A stretch of 62,884 bases of DNA, the filler included. It is 6 parts of 6 records of this genome, joined end to end, with 100 filler letters (N's around TTAATTAATTAA, not from the genome) between each part and the next. Parts side by side here need not be neighbours in the genome. Positions count along the whole stretch, not along the records: positions 46,942 to 54,824 come from SRR22947727_1900; positions 54,925 to 62,884 come from SRR22947727_1915; 4 more parts are not named here. One strand, 5' to 3'. The notes under the pieces were generated by a model. It was given only the letters and a program-made list of their open reading frames with translations. It was not told the DNA's origin and did no database searches. Of the stretch, positions 54,803-62,884 are shown piece by piece; position 1 is the stretch's first letter, and each line of letters opens with the position of its first letter. Position numbers and translations under genes: made by a program.

Positions 54803-54824
54803 CTCCAGTGGTTTCATCCTGCTT

Positions 54825-54924
54825 NNNNNNNNNNNNNNNNNNNNNNNNNNNNNNNNNNNNNNNNNNNNTTAATTAATTAANNNNNNNNNNNNNNNNNNNN
54901 NNNNNNNNNNNNNNNNNNNNNNNN
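54825..54924. other. Artificial contig linker
   Basis: N44-TTAATTAATTAA-N44. Confidence 0.99.
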
Positions 54925-55189
54925 ATTTCTTCGCGGTCGATTTCTTCGCGGTCGTCTTTTTCGCCGTCGACTTCTTGGCGCCTGTCTTCTTCGCGGTCGG
55001 CGCGGGGACTGTGGATGGCGTCGCGTCTGCTGACGTCGCGGGTGGAGTGCTGGGCGCGGTGGTCTGCATCATCGGCGAATCCATCGCCTGCCATTCCGGC
55101 GATGCAGCGGGCTCGGTCATTCGGCGCCACAGGTACCAGCCACCAGCGACCGCACCGCCGAGCATTGCCATACCCAAGAGTCGCCGCAT
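54925..55189 (-). CDS. Small membrane-anchored protein with histone-like AKK repeats; truncated
   Basis: TM segment, Pro/Thr linker, AKKTGAKKSTAKKTTAKKSTAKK. Confidence 0.7.
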
Positions 55190-55240
55190 GGCCCGCACGC
55201 TAACAGCCGCTCGTTACCCGCGTCATCGGATTCCCAAGCC

Positions 55241-56395
55241 TCAGCCCGCGCTGAGTGCCGAACGGAACTTCTCCAGCACCGCGCCGCTGCTCCAAAAAGC
55301 CCGCTGCTGACCTTCGGGCAAGGTCAAGGCGTATTCGCAAACCTTCGCCCAGGCGATTCCTACGGCGCGGGTCAAGGACGCGGCGACCGTGGCCGAGATT
55401 GCGGATCCGGCGATCGCGCCCCCCGGGATGAACTTGAGCAGATTGGTGACGACGTAACGCCCCGCCATGGTTGCCCCGCCCGTCAGAAGAAGCGAACCCG
55501 CCACCGCCATTGCCCTCGAGCGCTGCGGCGGAAGTCCGTAGGCGGCGGAGATCCGCGCGATCATCGTCACCTGATTGGGGACGAGAAGCGCCGCATCAGT
55601 GAAGGGGATCGGGACGGCGCCGATTCCAGATGCGACGGTGATCGACTGGTTGATCACCGCCTTTACCGCTTTTTTTTTGCGCTCCATGTCCAACTGCTGA
55701 GCAGCGGTGAGAGCCGCTTGAGCGGCTTCGGGGACTACCTCGTACGTCGCGTCCAGCAACCGATCGAGTCCGAACTCCGGTGCATGCGTGAAGTCGTCCG
55801 CAAGCGCGTTCGTCAATACCGGTGCCTCACCGGCGCGAATCGGTAATCCGAGACCGGTGATGAAGTCCGATAGTTCCACCGCATGTGGATGCGCCTGACC
55901 GTCCCTGCTGGGCACCTGGGTCAACACCACGATCACCGGGAGCCCCAGCTCGGCGAGGCGTCGGACGAACGCTGCCTGCGCCTCCTCGAAGCGTCGATCC
56001 GACCAACGCACCACGTACCAGGCGGCATGGATTTGCTGATCGATGGCAGACCTCCGCCGTGCTTCGACGACGTCGCGAAGGCCTTCCAGGATCTGGTCGC
56101 CGGCGGACCCGGTCTCGAACCCCTCGGAATCGAAGATTCCCAAGAAGCCATCGTCGCGACGGTGATAATCGACGCCACGCGTCACCGGCTCCCCCACCCC
56201 GGTATCGGCGACATCTCGACCAAAGACAGCGTTGACCAGAGTGGATTTGCCTGCCCCCGTGGCTCCAAAGATCGCCAGGTTGAAGCAACCTAGGGCTGCG
56301 AAAGCGGTGGACAACTCCTTGGTGAACATGCCCTCGAGAGCAGGAACGTCGATGTCCTGGACGCCTTCGTTCTCAGGCGACGATTCCGGAGCCAT
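55241..56395 (-). CDS. P-loop GTPase with C-terminal DUF697/YcjF-like domain
   Basis: GATGAGKSTLVN, DSEG, then GAVPIPFTDAALLVPNQ and Gly-rich hydrophobic helices; ATG 56395. Confidence 0.85.
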   Translation of the reverse strand: MAPESSPENEGVQDIDVPALEGMFTKELSTAFAALGCFNLAIFGATGAGKSTLVNAVFGRDVADTGVGEPVTRGVDYHRRDDGFLGIFDSEGFETGSAGDQILEGLRDVVEARRRSAIDQQIHAAWYVVRWSDRRFEEAQAAFVRRLAELGLPVIVVLTQVPSRDGQAHPHAVELSDFITGLGLPIRAGEAPVLTNALADDFTHAPEFGLDRLLDATYEVVPEAAQAALTAAQQLDMERKKKAVKAVINQSITVASGIGAVPIPFTDAALLVPNQVTMIARISAAYGLPPQRSRAMAVAGSLLLTGGATMAGRYVVTNLLKFIPGGAIAGSAISATVAASLTRAVGIAWAKVCEYALTLPEGQQRAFWSSGAVLEKFRSALSAG

Positions 56396-56446
56396 GCTCT
56401 GAGAGTACGCGGGATGCTCACGAGCCTGGGTTACCGTTGAGACGTC

Positions 56447-57064
56447 ATGGCTCCCCTCCGCTCCCCCGAACAATCCGGGATTTCCCGTTCGATCGTGACC
56501 TGGATCGTCGGACTTTCGCTGATCGCGGTTGTTGGTCTCGGAGTTGGGCTGGGCCTGCTTCATGCATTGGGCCTAGCCGATTGGAACAAGATTCAGCAGG
56601 CCCGCGACGTGGGGAAACTCGGGGGCACTCCGACCATTCCCGAGGCCTATCAAGAACTCATCGACAAGGCAGCCGAACGCTGCCCGGAGGTGCCTTCTCG
56701 AGTTCTCGCCGCGCAGATCGCCGTGGAAAGTGGATGGCAGGCGGACGCACAGAGCCCCGCGGGAGCTCAAGGCATCGCGCAGTTCATGCCCAGTACGTGG
56801 AGTCAATACGGTCTGGACGCCAACGGCGATGGCGTCCGCGACGTGTGGGATCCACGCGACGCGATTCCGTCAGCAGCGGAGTTGAATTGCCTCAACAGAC
56901 GACTGGTGTCTTCCGTTTCGGGAACCCCGCTGCACAACATCCTCGCCGCCTACAACGCCGGCCACGGCGCGGTTCGCAAGTACGACGGCGTACCACCGTT
57001 CCCCGAGACCGAGCAATACGTGGAGAAAGTGATCGAGCTTGCGCAGCGCTACCCGTCGCCGTAG
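56447..57064 (+). CDS. Membrane-anchored lytic transglycosylase (SLT domain)
   Basis: AVESG (catalytic Glu), GAQGIAQFMPSTW, AAYNAG, ETEQYV. Confidence 0.9.
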   Translation: MAPLRSPEQSGISRSIVTWIVGLSLIAVVGLGVGLGLLHALGLADWNKIQQARDVGKLGGTPTIPEAYQELIDKAAERCPEVPSRVLAAQIAVESGWQADAQSPAGAQGIAQFMPSTWSQYGLDANGDGVRDVWDPRDAIPSAAELNCLNRRLVSSVSGTPLHNILAAYNAGHGAVRKYDGVPPFPETEQYVEKVIELAQRYPSP

Positions 57065-57097
57065 CGCAAGATCGCCGAAGCATCGGTTTTACGTCTG

Positions 57098-57919
57098 CTA
57101 CTTGATCACGACTATCGATTGGTGATTCTCCACGACCAGTCGACCGTCCGGTGACCACAGTCGCCGAGTTTCCGAGGTGAACCCCTCCTCCATCGACGAC
57201 ACCCACGCTTCGAATCCCAGGGGCTGCTGCGGATCAAGTGCCTCCGGCGGAAAAAGCAGATGTGCACTGAAAGACACAGTGGCCATCGGACGCAAGTCGG
57301 TCATGGCGACGTAACTGGCCGGCCACCACGCATCAACCAGCCCCAGAGTGATTCCGGCTGTCCATGGCTCGGCATTGTCTTCAGGGTCGGGAACAGGCGA
57401 CACCCATCCGAGAGCCTGAGGACTATCTCCCGAGCCGGGTACGCCGACCGCGGGTCGGTAGCCGATGTGCAATCCGAACTCCGGACCCATAGGAGGACCC
57501 ACCGGGACGCTCGGGACCGCACGCCAGTCGGGGAGGTCAGGCATCGATGCCGTGCCCCACGGCTGAGCAATGTCCCCAGCACGCGGGGTTCCCGTGATGA
57601 TCACACTGTGGGCAGCGAGAGCGCCGTCGGATCCGGTGACGCTTGCCTTCCACGTAGTCATCGCCGATCCGACGCGAAGGGGCACCACATCGATGCGTGC
57701 CGTACCGGCAGGCAAGGGTCCAAACATATGGGCGGTCACACTGCGCACGCGCCGATCGGCGCTTTGCTGCTGCGTTACCTCGACGGCGTTGACGGATGCA
57801 GCGATGACAAGACCCCCCCACGCCCCGCGGCCCTGAAGCCAACCAGCGGGAACGTCCCACGAAAACGCGCCGGGCTCTGTCTCGTCGAGGCGGCAGGCGT
57901 CAGTGAATCGGTCCGTCAT
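57098..57919 (-). CDS. Acyl-CoA thioesterase family (double hotdog)
   Basis: WLQGRGAWGG, VDAWWP, LWSPDGRLV..HQ. Confidence 0.88.
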   Translation of the reverse strand: MTDRFTDACRLDETEPGAFSWDVPAGWLQGRGAWGGLVIAASVNAVEVTQQQSADRRVRSVTAHMFGPLPAGTARIDVVPLRVGSAMTTWKASVTGSDGALAAHSVIITGTPRAGDIAQPWGTASMPDLPDWRAVPSVPVGPPMGPEFGLHIGYRPAVGVPGSGDSPQALGWVSPVPDPEDNAEPWTAGITLGLVDAWWPASYVAMTDLRPMATVSFSAHLLFPPEALDPQQPLGFEAWVSSMEEGFTSETRRLWSPDGRLVVENHQSIVVIK

Positions 57920-59385
57920 GCGCCGTCGGGGCGCACATCATCGACAGAGCCGTCGTCGCTCGTCGTGTCTGCCTTGCCGCTGGCACTGGATAGCGCAGAC
58001 TTCTTCAACCAACGATTCCACGGAATATTCCACAGTCCACCGGGGCCATTCCACGCTTCCATCATGTCGCCGCCGGTCTTGATGTAGTTAACGACATCAC
58101 CGGGGATCGTGTTGTCGAAGATCCACTTGGCGTCATCTTCGAACATGTTGGTGCAGCCGTGCGACCCGTTGTAGCGGCCGAGTCGGCCGTATGCCCACGA
58201 CGCGGTGTGCAGGAACTCACCCGACGGTGTCAAACGGGTATTCCACTTCGACGGCAGCTCGTAGAACTCGACCTCCGGGTCCAACCCGAGACTCGAGCTC
58301 CGGTAGACCTTGTTGTCCTCTTTGTCAGTGCTGATGACCTTCGCGCCGTTGCGCGTCTCCCACCCCGACTTCCCGAGCGACACCTTGAAATTCTTCCGCT
58401 TCTTGCCATTGACATGCACGGTCATCGTCTTCTTCGCACCATCGACGGTCGCGATGAGCGAACGGTCGGTACGGAAGACATACGTCTTACGCAGCGCCTT
58501 CGAGCCGACGAGATACCTCTTGCCGGACTTGCCCAACACGGTGTCGTTCACCGTCGACGTGATCCGAATGGTGGAGTTCCCCGGCCAGTAGTTCTTCGGT
58601 CGGAACACCACCGTTTCGTCGCTGATCCACCCCCAGGCTCCAGGGACATTCACGGTGCGCCCACTCGGCGTCGTCGCAGCCACCTGCAGGTGACGCTCCA
58701 CAGCGGCCTTGTTCGTGATGTTCTTGCTGAATCGCAGGCGCGGCAGGGTGCCGACTCCCAATTTGACCCGGCTTCCGGAAACTCCGAGGCCATTGCCCGC
58801 TGCCTCGAACGTCGCCGTTACCCGCTTGCGCGGTTTGGGCAGGACTTTCGGCTTGGCCCAGTCAGAGGCGGTGGGAATCGTCGCGATCGGACCAGACGGG
58901 GGAGACTGACCTGTCGGGCCTGAGGATCGCATCGACACTCGGTACTCCCGACCGTTGGTCAGAGAGGACAGCCCGCAGGTGCCGCTGACGTCTGGACAGT
59001 CGAACCACAAATAGCCATCCGGCGAGATCTGATAGCCGGTCACCGACGGGTCGTCGACCGGCAGGTAAGTCGCGATCGCGCTGGCATCTGCGGGCGTCAC
59101 TGCGATCAGCACGGGCCGAAACGGCAGCGCTGCGTCAGGTGGAGGAACCGACGGATCGGGCACGGCCTCGGGCGTCGGATCCACGCTGGGCTCCGAGCCC
59201 AGATCAGCGTTCGGATCGACGGTCGGACTCGCACTCGGCGACGAGGTCGATTCCACCGAGTCCGTGTCGGCAGACTCGTCGGCAACCACGGCACCGGGCG
59301 ATGCCGCAGCGAGCACGCCGAAAACCACGGCCACAGCGGCCGCTGAGCGCAGGCGTCGAGAGATGGGGGCCCCTAGGGAAGTCAC
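57916..59385 (-). CDS. L,D-transpeptidase with FN3-like and Ig-like domains
   Basis: Signal peptide; FRPKNYWP; GEFLH...SHGCTN catalytic motif; GTG 59385 lies 6 nt after TACATT. Confidence 0.9.
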   Translation of the reverse strand: MTSLGAPISRRLRSAAAVAVVFGVLAAASPGAVVADESADTDSVESTSSPSASPTVDPNADLGSEPSVDPTPEAVPDPSVPPPDAALPFRPVLIAVTPADASAIATYLPVDDPSVTGYQISPDGYLWFDCPDVSGTCGLSSLTNGREYRVSMRSSGPTGQSPPSGPIATIPTASDWAKPKVLPKPRKRVTATFEAAGNGLGVSGSRVKLGVGTLPRLRFSKNITNKAAVERHLQVAATTPSGRTVNVPGAWGWISDETVVFRPKNYWPGNSTIRITSTVNDTVLGKSGKRYLVGSKALRKTYVFRTDRSLIATVDGAKKTMTVHVNGKKRKNFKVSLGKSGWETRNGAKVISTDKEDNKVYRSSSLGLDPEVEFYELPSKWNTRLTPSGEFLHTASWAYGRLGRYNGSHGCTNMFEDDAKWIFDNTIPGDVVNYIKTGGDMMEAWNGPGGLWNIPWNRWLKKSALSSASGKADTTSDDGSVDDVRPDGA

Positions 59386-59497
59386 GGCATCAATGTACGT
59401 TGCCGACCCCCGTCGAGATAAACCCGGCGTGCGTGTTCTCCACTTTTGCGGCCACCAACATGGATGCGTAGGGGACACCCTCACCTACAGTCATCTC

Positions 59498-59854
59498 GTG
59501 GGTCTGTTCTCTCGCTTCACTTTGCCGTCGGTCAAGCCGTCAGAAGCAATGGACATGTTGAGTGCGGGAGCGACCATGCTGGATGTCCGGGACAACTCTG
59601 AATGGAACGCCGGACGGGTCCCCGGTGCCGTGCACGTCCCGGCCGCCAACGTCGCCGCCCAGGCACCCAAACGACTTCCGAAAGGCCGACCCGTCGTCAT
59701 CGCTTGTCGAACAGGATCCCGATCGAAGGCCGCCACTCGGCTTCTTCGCGAGCAGGGCATCGAGGCTTACAGCCTGTCCGGTGGATTGGCCGCGTGGGAA
59801 TCGGCCGGTGGTCGAATCGCGGGTAAGGGCAACAGGCCGGGGATGATCGCCTGA
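59498..59854 (+). CDS. Rhodanese-like domain protein
   Basis: LDVR...EW..G.VPGA, active-site CRTGSRS, LSGGLAAW; GTG 59498. Confidence 0.92.
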   Translation: MGLFSRFTLPSVKPSEAMDMLSAGATMLDVRDNSEWNAGRVPGAVHVPAANVAAQAPKRLPKGRPVVIACRTGSRSKAATRLLREQGIEAYSLSGGLAAWESAGGRIAGKGNRPGMIA

Positions 59855-59881
59855 CAGGGCATTGCGCCTAGCGTTGATCCG

Positions 59882-60622
59882 TCACCACGGAACGATCTGC
59901 CTGTCCTCCCACAGCACACCGGTGGGAACGACGTTGCCTTCATCATCCGTTGCGTCTCGATCGGCCAGCCACACGATCGTTTCGGCGCCCTCCTCTGCAG
60001 ATCGCGGAGCGTCGGGTCCACCCATGTCGGTCCGGCAATGCCCCGGGCACACGGCGTCTACCAGGACGCCGCGTTGCCCCCATTGCATCTCGGCGGCGAA
60101 ATTGCGAACCAACGCGTTCACCCCCGCCTTCGAGATTCGATACGGAGCCAACCCACCACTCGTTCCGGGCCCGGTGAACCGACCCAGGCACGCAGATAAA
60201 GCAATAACTCTGCCGGAACGGTTCTTCACAAGATCCTGCGCGAACGTCTCGATGCTGTAGAAGGCGCCGTCGAGGTTGATGCTCATGACGCGTTGCCATT
60301 CATCGGGGCTGGTGCGCATGGTGCGTGTCATCTTGGCTGACATCACTCCGGCGGAGAGCACCAGAAGATCCAGTGGTCCGACATGGGCGACTGCGTCTGC
60401 AGCCTGAGCGAGCGACGCCGGGTCTGCTACGTCCGCCGCCACGGGGATTGCCTCCACACCGTCGTCGACGAGCTCTGCTGCGGCAGCCGTGACGCGCGAG
60501 TTTTCTCGACCGAGCACGATGACGCGGGCGCCCCGGCGGCCGATCCCTCGCGCCGCCGCCAGTCCGAGACCTCGACTGCCTCCGGTCACCAACGCCACTG
60601 TGTTTGACCCGATGAACCCCAT
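59882..60622 (-). CDS. Short-chain dehydrogenase/reductase (carbonyl reductase-like)
   Basis: [24 protein letters not shown]. Confidence 0.92.
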   Translation of the reverse strand: MGFIGSNTVALVTGGSRGLGLAAARGIGRRGARVIVLGRENSRVTAAAAELVDDGVEAIPVAADVADPASLAQAADAVAHVGPLDLLVLSAGVMSAKMTRTMRTSPDEWQRVMSINLDGAFYSIETFAQDLVKNRSGRVIALSACLGRFTGPGTSGGLAPYRISKAGVNALVRNFAAEMQWGQRGVLVDAVCPGHCRTDMGGPDAPRSAEEGAETIVWLADRDATDDEGNVVPTGVLWEDRQIVPW

Positions 60623-60730
60623 GGCGCAACTGTGGTGCCTGTCGGCAGGACCTGCATCCGGACGCGTTCGTGCCGGCGCCGAGGGCTACTGTTGGAACTA
60701 CACCCATCTGCACGTGAGAGGAACGCCTCC

Positions 60731-62884
60731 GTGGCGAGCGAGCCCCCCAATTCCGTTGTCAGTCGCTTCGGCCCCAACGAGTGGTTGGTGGACGAGATCT
60801 ACGAGCAGTACCTGAGGGACAAGAACTCCGTCGATCCAGCGTGGTGGGACTTCTTCGAAGACTACGCCCCGGTGGAGTACTCACCCGCGGCCGTGCCGCA
60901 CGCCGCCGCCGCTGCTGCCCCGGCCCCGACTGCACCCGAGCAGAGCGCATCGACACAGACGACTTCCCCAGCCCCGTCGACGCCTGCCTCAACGCCCGCG
61001 TCAACACCCCCGCCGGACGCCGCCACGCCACCGTCAGACGACAGCACCGATGCGTCCGTGGTTGAACCAGAGGTGCTTCGCGGAGCGGCCGGTCGCGTGG
61101 TGACGAACATGGAGGCCAGCCTCTCGGTGCCCACCGCCACCAGCGTGCGATCGGTGCCGGTGAAGTTGCTGATGGATAACAGGGTGGTGATCAACAACCA
61201 CCTATCGCGCGGGCGAGGCGGCAAAGTGTCGCTCACCCACGTCATCGGCTTCGCGGTGGTGCGAGCGATGGCAACGATGCCCGAGATGGGTTACGGCTTC
61301 ACCCAGGTGGATGGCAAGCCCGCCGTACTCCGCAACGAGGACATGAACCTCGGTTTGGCAATCGACCTCGCGAAAGACGATGGCACGCGGCAGTTGCTTG
61401 TTCCGAACATCAAGGGTGCACAGCGGATGGACTTCGCCGCTTTTTGGGCCGCCTACGAAGACGTGGTCCGGCGCGCCCGCAGCGGCAAACTCGAGGTGAC
61501 GGACTTCGCTGGCACCACGGTCTCGTTGACGAACCCGGGAACGATCGGCACCAACCATTCGATCCCTCGCCTGATGGAAGGACAGGGGTGCATCGTTGGG
61601 GTCGGAGCGATGGAGTACCCGGCGGACTGGCAGGGCGCATCGACGGAGACGATCGTCCGGAACGCCGTGTCGAAGATCATGACTCTCACGAGCACCTACG
61701 ACCACCGCATCATCCAGGGTGCGCAATCCGGTGAGTTCCTGCGCCGCATTCATCAACTTCTTCTCGGCGAAGAGGACTTCTACGGCGAGATCTTCCGTTC
61801 CCTGCGCATCCCCTACGAGCCTGTTCGCTGGGCCAACGACATCTCAGCCAGTCACGAGACGGACCTGGACAAGACGGTCCGGGTGCAAGAGATCATCCAC
61901 GCCTACCGTGTCCGAGGACACTTAATGGCCGACACCGATCCGCTGGAATACGAGCAACGTTCTCATCCCGACCTCGACGTGCTCAGCCACGGGTTGACAC
62001 TGTGGGATCTCGACCGGGAGTTCCCCACCGGAGGCTTCGGCGGTCGCGCCCTGATGAAACTTCGGGAGATTCTCGGCGTGCTGCGCGACGCGTACACCCG
62101 CACGGTCGGCATCGAATACATGCACCTGCAAGATCCTGAGCAGCGTCGGTGGATCCAAGAGCGTCTCGAGATTCCGCATGTGAAGCCTGACCGCGACGAG
62201 CAATTGCGCATGCTGAACAAGTTGAATGAGGCCGAAGCTCTCGAGACCTTCTTGCACACCAAATACGTCGGACAGAAGCGATTCTCACTCGAAGGCGCGG
62301 AGTCCCTCGTCCCATTGCTCGATGAAATCCTCACCGACGCTGCGCACGATGACATCCTCGAAGTCGCAATCGGTATGCCCCATCGCGGTCGTTTGAACGT
62401 TCTGACGAACATCGCCGGCAAGTCCTACGCGCAGGTCTTCCGCGAATTCGAGGGCGATTACGGCGACGACTCGGTCCAAGGCTCCGGCGACGTGAAATAC
62501 CACCTCGGCACCACCGGGTCGTTCTTGACGCCCGACGGCGCCTACACGTCCGTGTACCTCGCAGCCAACCCATCGCACCTCGAGGCGGTCAATCCGGTGC
62601 TCGAGGGAATCGTGCGAGCCAAGCAGGACCTGCTGCCCAAGGAACGCAGGAACGACATTCTCCCAGTGCTCATTCACGGGGATGCCGCGTTTGCCGGCCA
62701 GGGTGTCGTCGCCGAAACGCTCGAGCTTTCGCAACTGCAGGGCTACCGGACCGGCGGCACGGTCCATATCGTCGTGAACAATCAGGTGGGCTTCACGACG
62801 TCACCCAAGTACGGGCGCTCCAGCGTGTACTCCACCGACGTTGCCCGCATGGTGCAGGCGCCGATCTTCCACGTCAACGGCGAC
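60731..62884 (+). CDS. kgd: Multifunctional 2-oxoglutarate decarboxylase/dehydrogenase (Kgd/SucA); runs off the window end
   Basis: GTG 60731 after [21 protein letters not shown]2-like [17 protein letters not shown], ThDP motif [10 protein letters not shown]. Absent from the ORF track because there is no stop. Confidence 0.97.
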   Translation, partial: MASEPPNSVVSRFGPNEWLVDEIYEQYLRDKNSVDPAWWDFFEDYAPVEYSPAAVPHAAAAAAPAPTAPEQSASTQTTSPAPSTPASTPASTPPPDAATPPSDDSTDASVVEPEVLRGAAGRVVTNMEASLSVPTATSVRSVPVKLLMDNRVVINNHLSRGRGGKVSLTHVIGFAVVRAMATMPEMGYGFTQVDGKPAVLRNEDMNLGLAIDLAKDDGTRQLLVPNIKGAQRMDFAAFWAAYEDVVRRARSGKLEVTDFAGTTVSLTNPGTIGTNHSIPRLMEGQGCIVGVGAMEYPADWQGASTETIVRNAVSKIMTLTSTYDHRIIQGAQSGEFLRRIHQLLLGEEDFYGEIFRSLRIPYEPVRWANDISASHETDLDKTVRVQEIIHAYRVRGHLMADTDPLEYEQRSHPDLDVLSHGLTLWDLDREFPTGGFGGRALMKLREILGVLRDAYTRTVGIEYMHLQDPEQRRWIQERLEIPHVKPDRDEQLRMLNKLNEAEALETFLHTKYVGQKRFSLEGAESLVPLLDEILTDAAHDDILEVAIGMPHRGRLNVLTNIAGKSYAQVFREFEGDYGDDSVQGSGDVKYHLGTTGSFLTPDGAYTSVYLAANPSHLEAVNPVLEGIVRAKQDLLPKERRNDILPVLIHGDAAFAGQGVVAETLELSQLQGYRTGGTVHIVVNNQVGFTTSPKYGRSSVYSTDVARMVQAPIFHVNGD

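Overview
The window is not one genome. It is six unrelated contigs joined by five artificial 100-nt linkers (N44-TTAATTAATTAA-N44). Taxon calls below are from protein recognition and composition only. (1) 1-11514, marine Synechococcus-like: lepA start, SMR, mqo, NifU/Nfu, accessory genes, cystine lyase-like PLP enzyme, Ca2+/H+ antiporter, murE, yidD, rpsD start. (2) 11615-22000, Microbacteriaceae-like actinobacterium: ftsK-pgsA-cinA-clgR-DUF3046-recA-recX, an RHH/Doc toxin-antitoxin pair, SDR, ABC-F, tRNA-Arg. (3) 22101-29586, probably Verrucomicrobia/PVC: ABC exporter, ABC-F, Tat-exported BNR-repeat protein, DapA-family enzyme. (4) 29687-46841, low-GC alphaproteobacterium: rpoC, dipeptidase, and str/S10/spc ribosomal operons. 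rpsL is absent and a structured ~180-nt leader precedes rpsG. (5) 46942-54824, Synechococcus-like: Nit1C nitrilase cluster (nitH, nitBCDEFG) plus DUF1348 and DUF3050 genes. (6) 54925-62884, high-GC actinobacterium: GTPase, lytic transglycosylase, thioesterase, L,D-transpeptidase, rhodanese, SDR, kgd. The most notable signal is in contig 5. The Nit1C cluster is bracketed by two direct, att-like copies of a ~115-nt module: a 24-nt core encoding WPWWPLLP from the 5' end of a protein-coding gene, followed by paired TGTGCAAYT boxes at identical spacing. No recombinase lies between them. This suggests an integrase-less, site-specifically integrating nitrogen-acquisition cassette in a tandem array.
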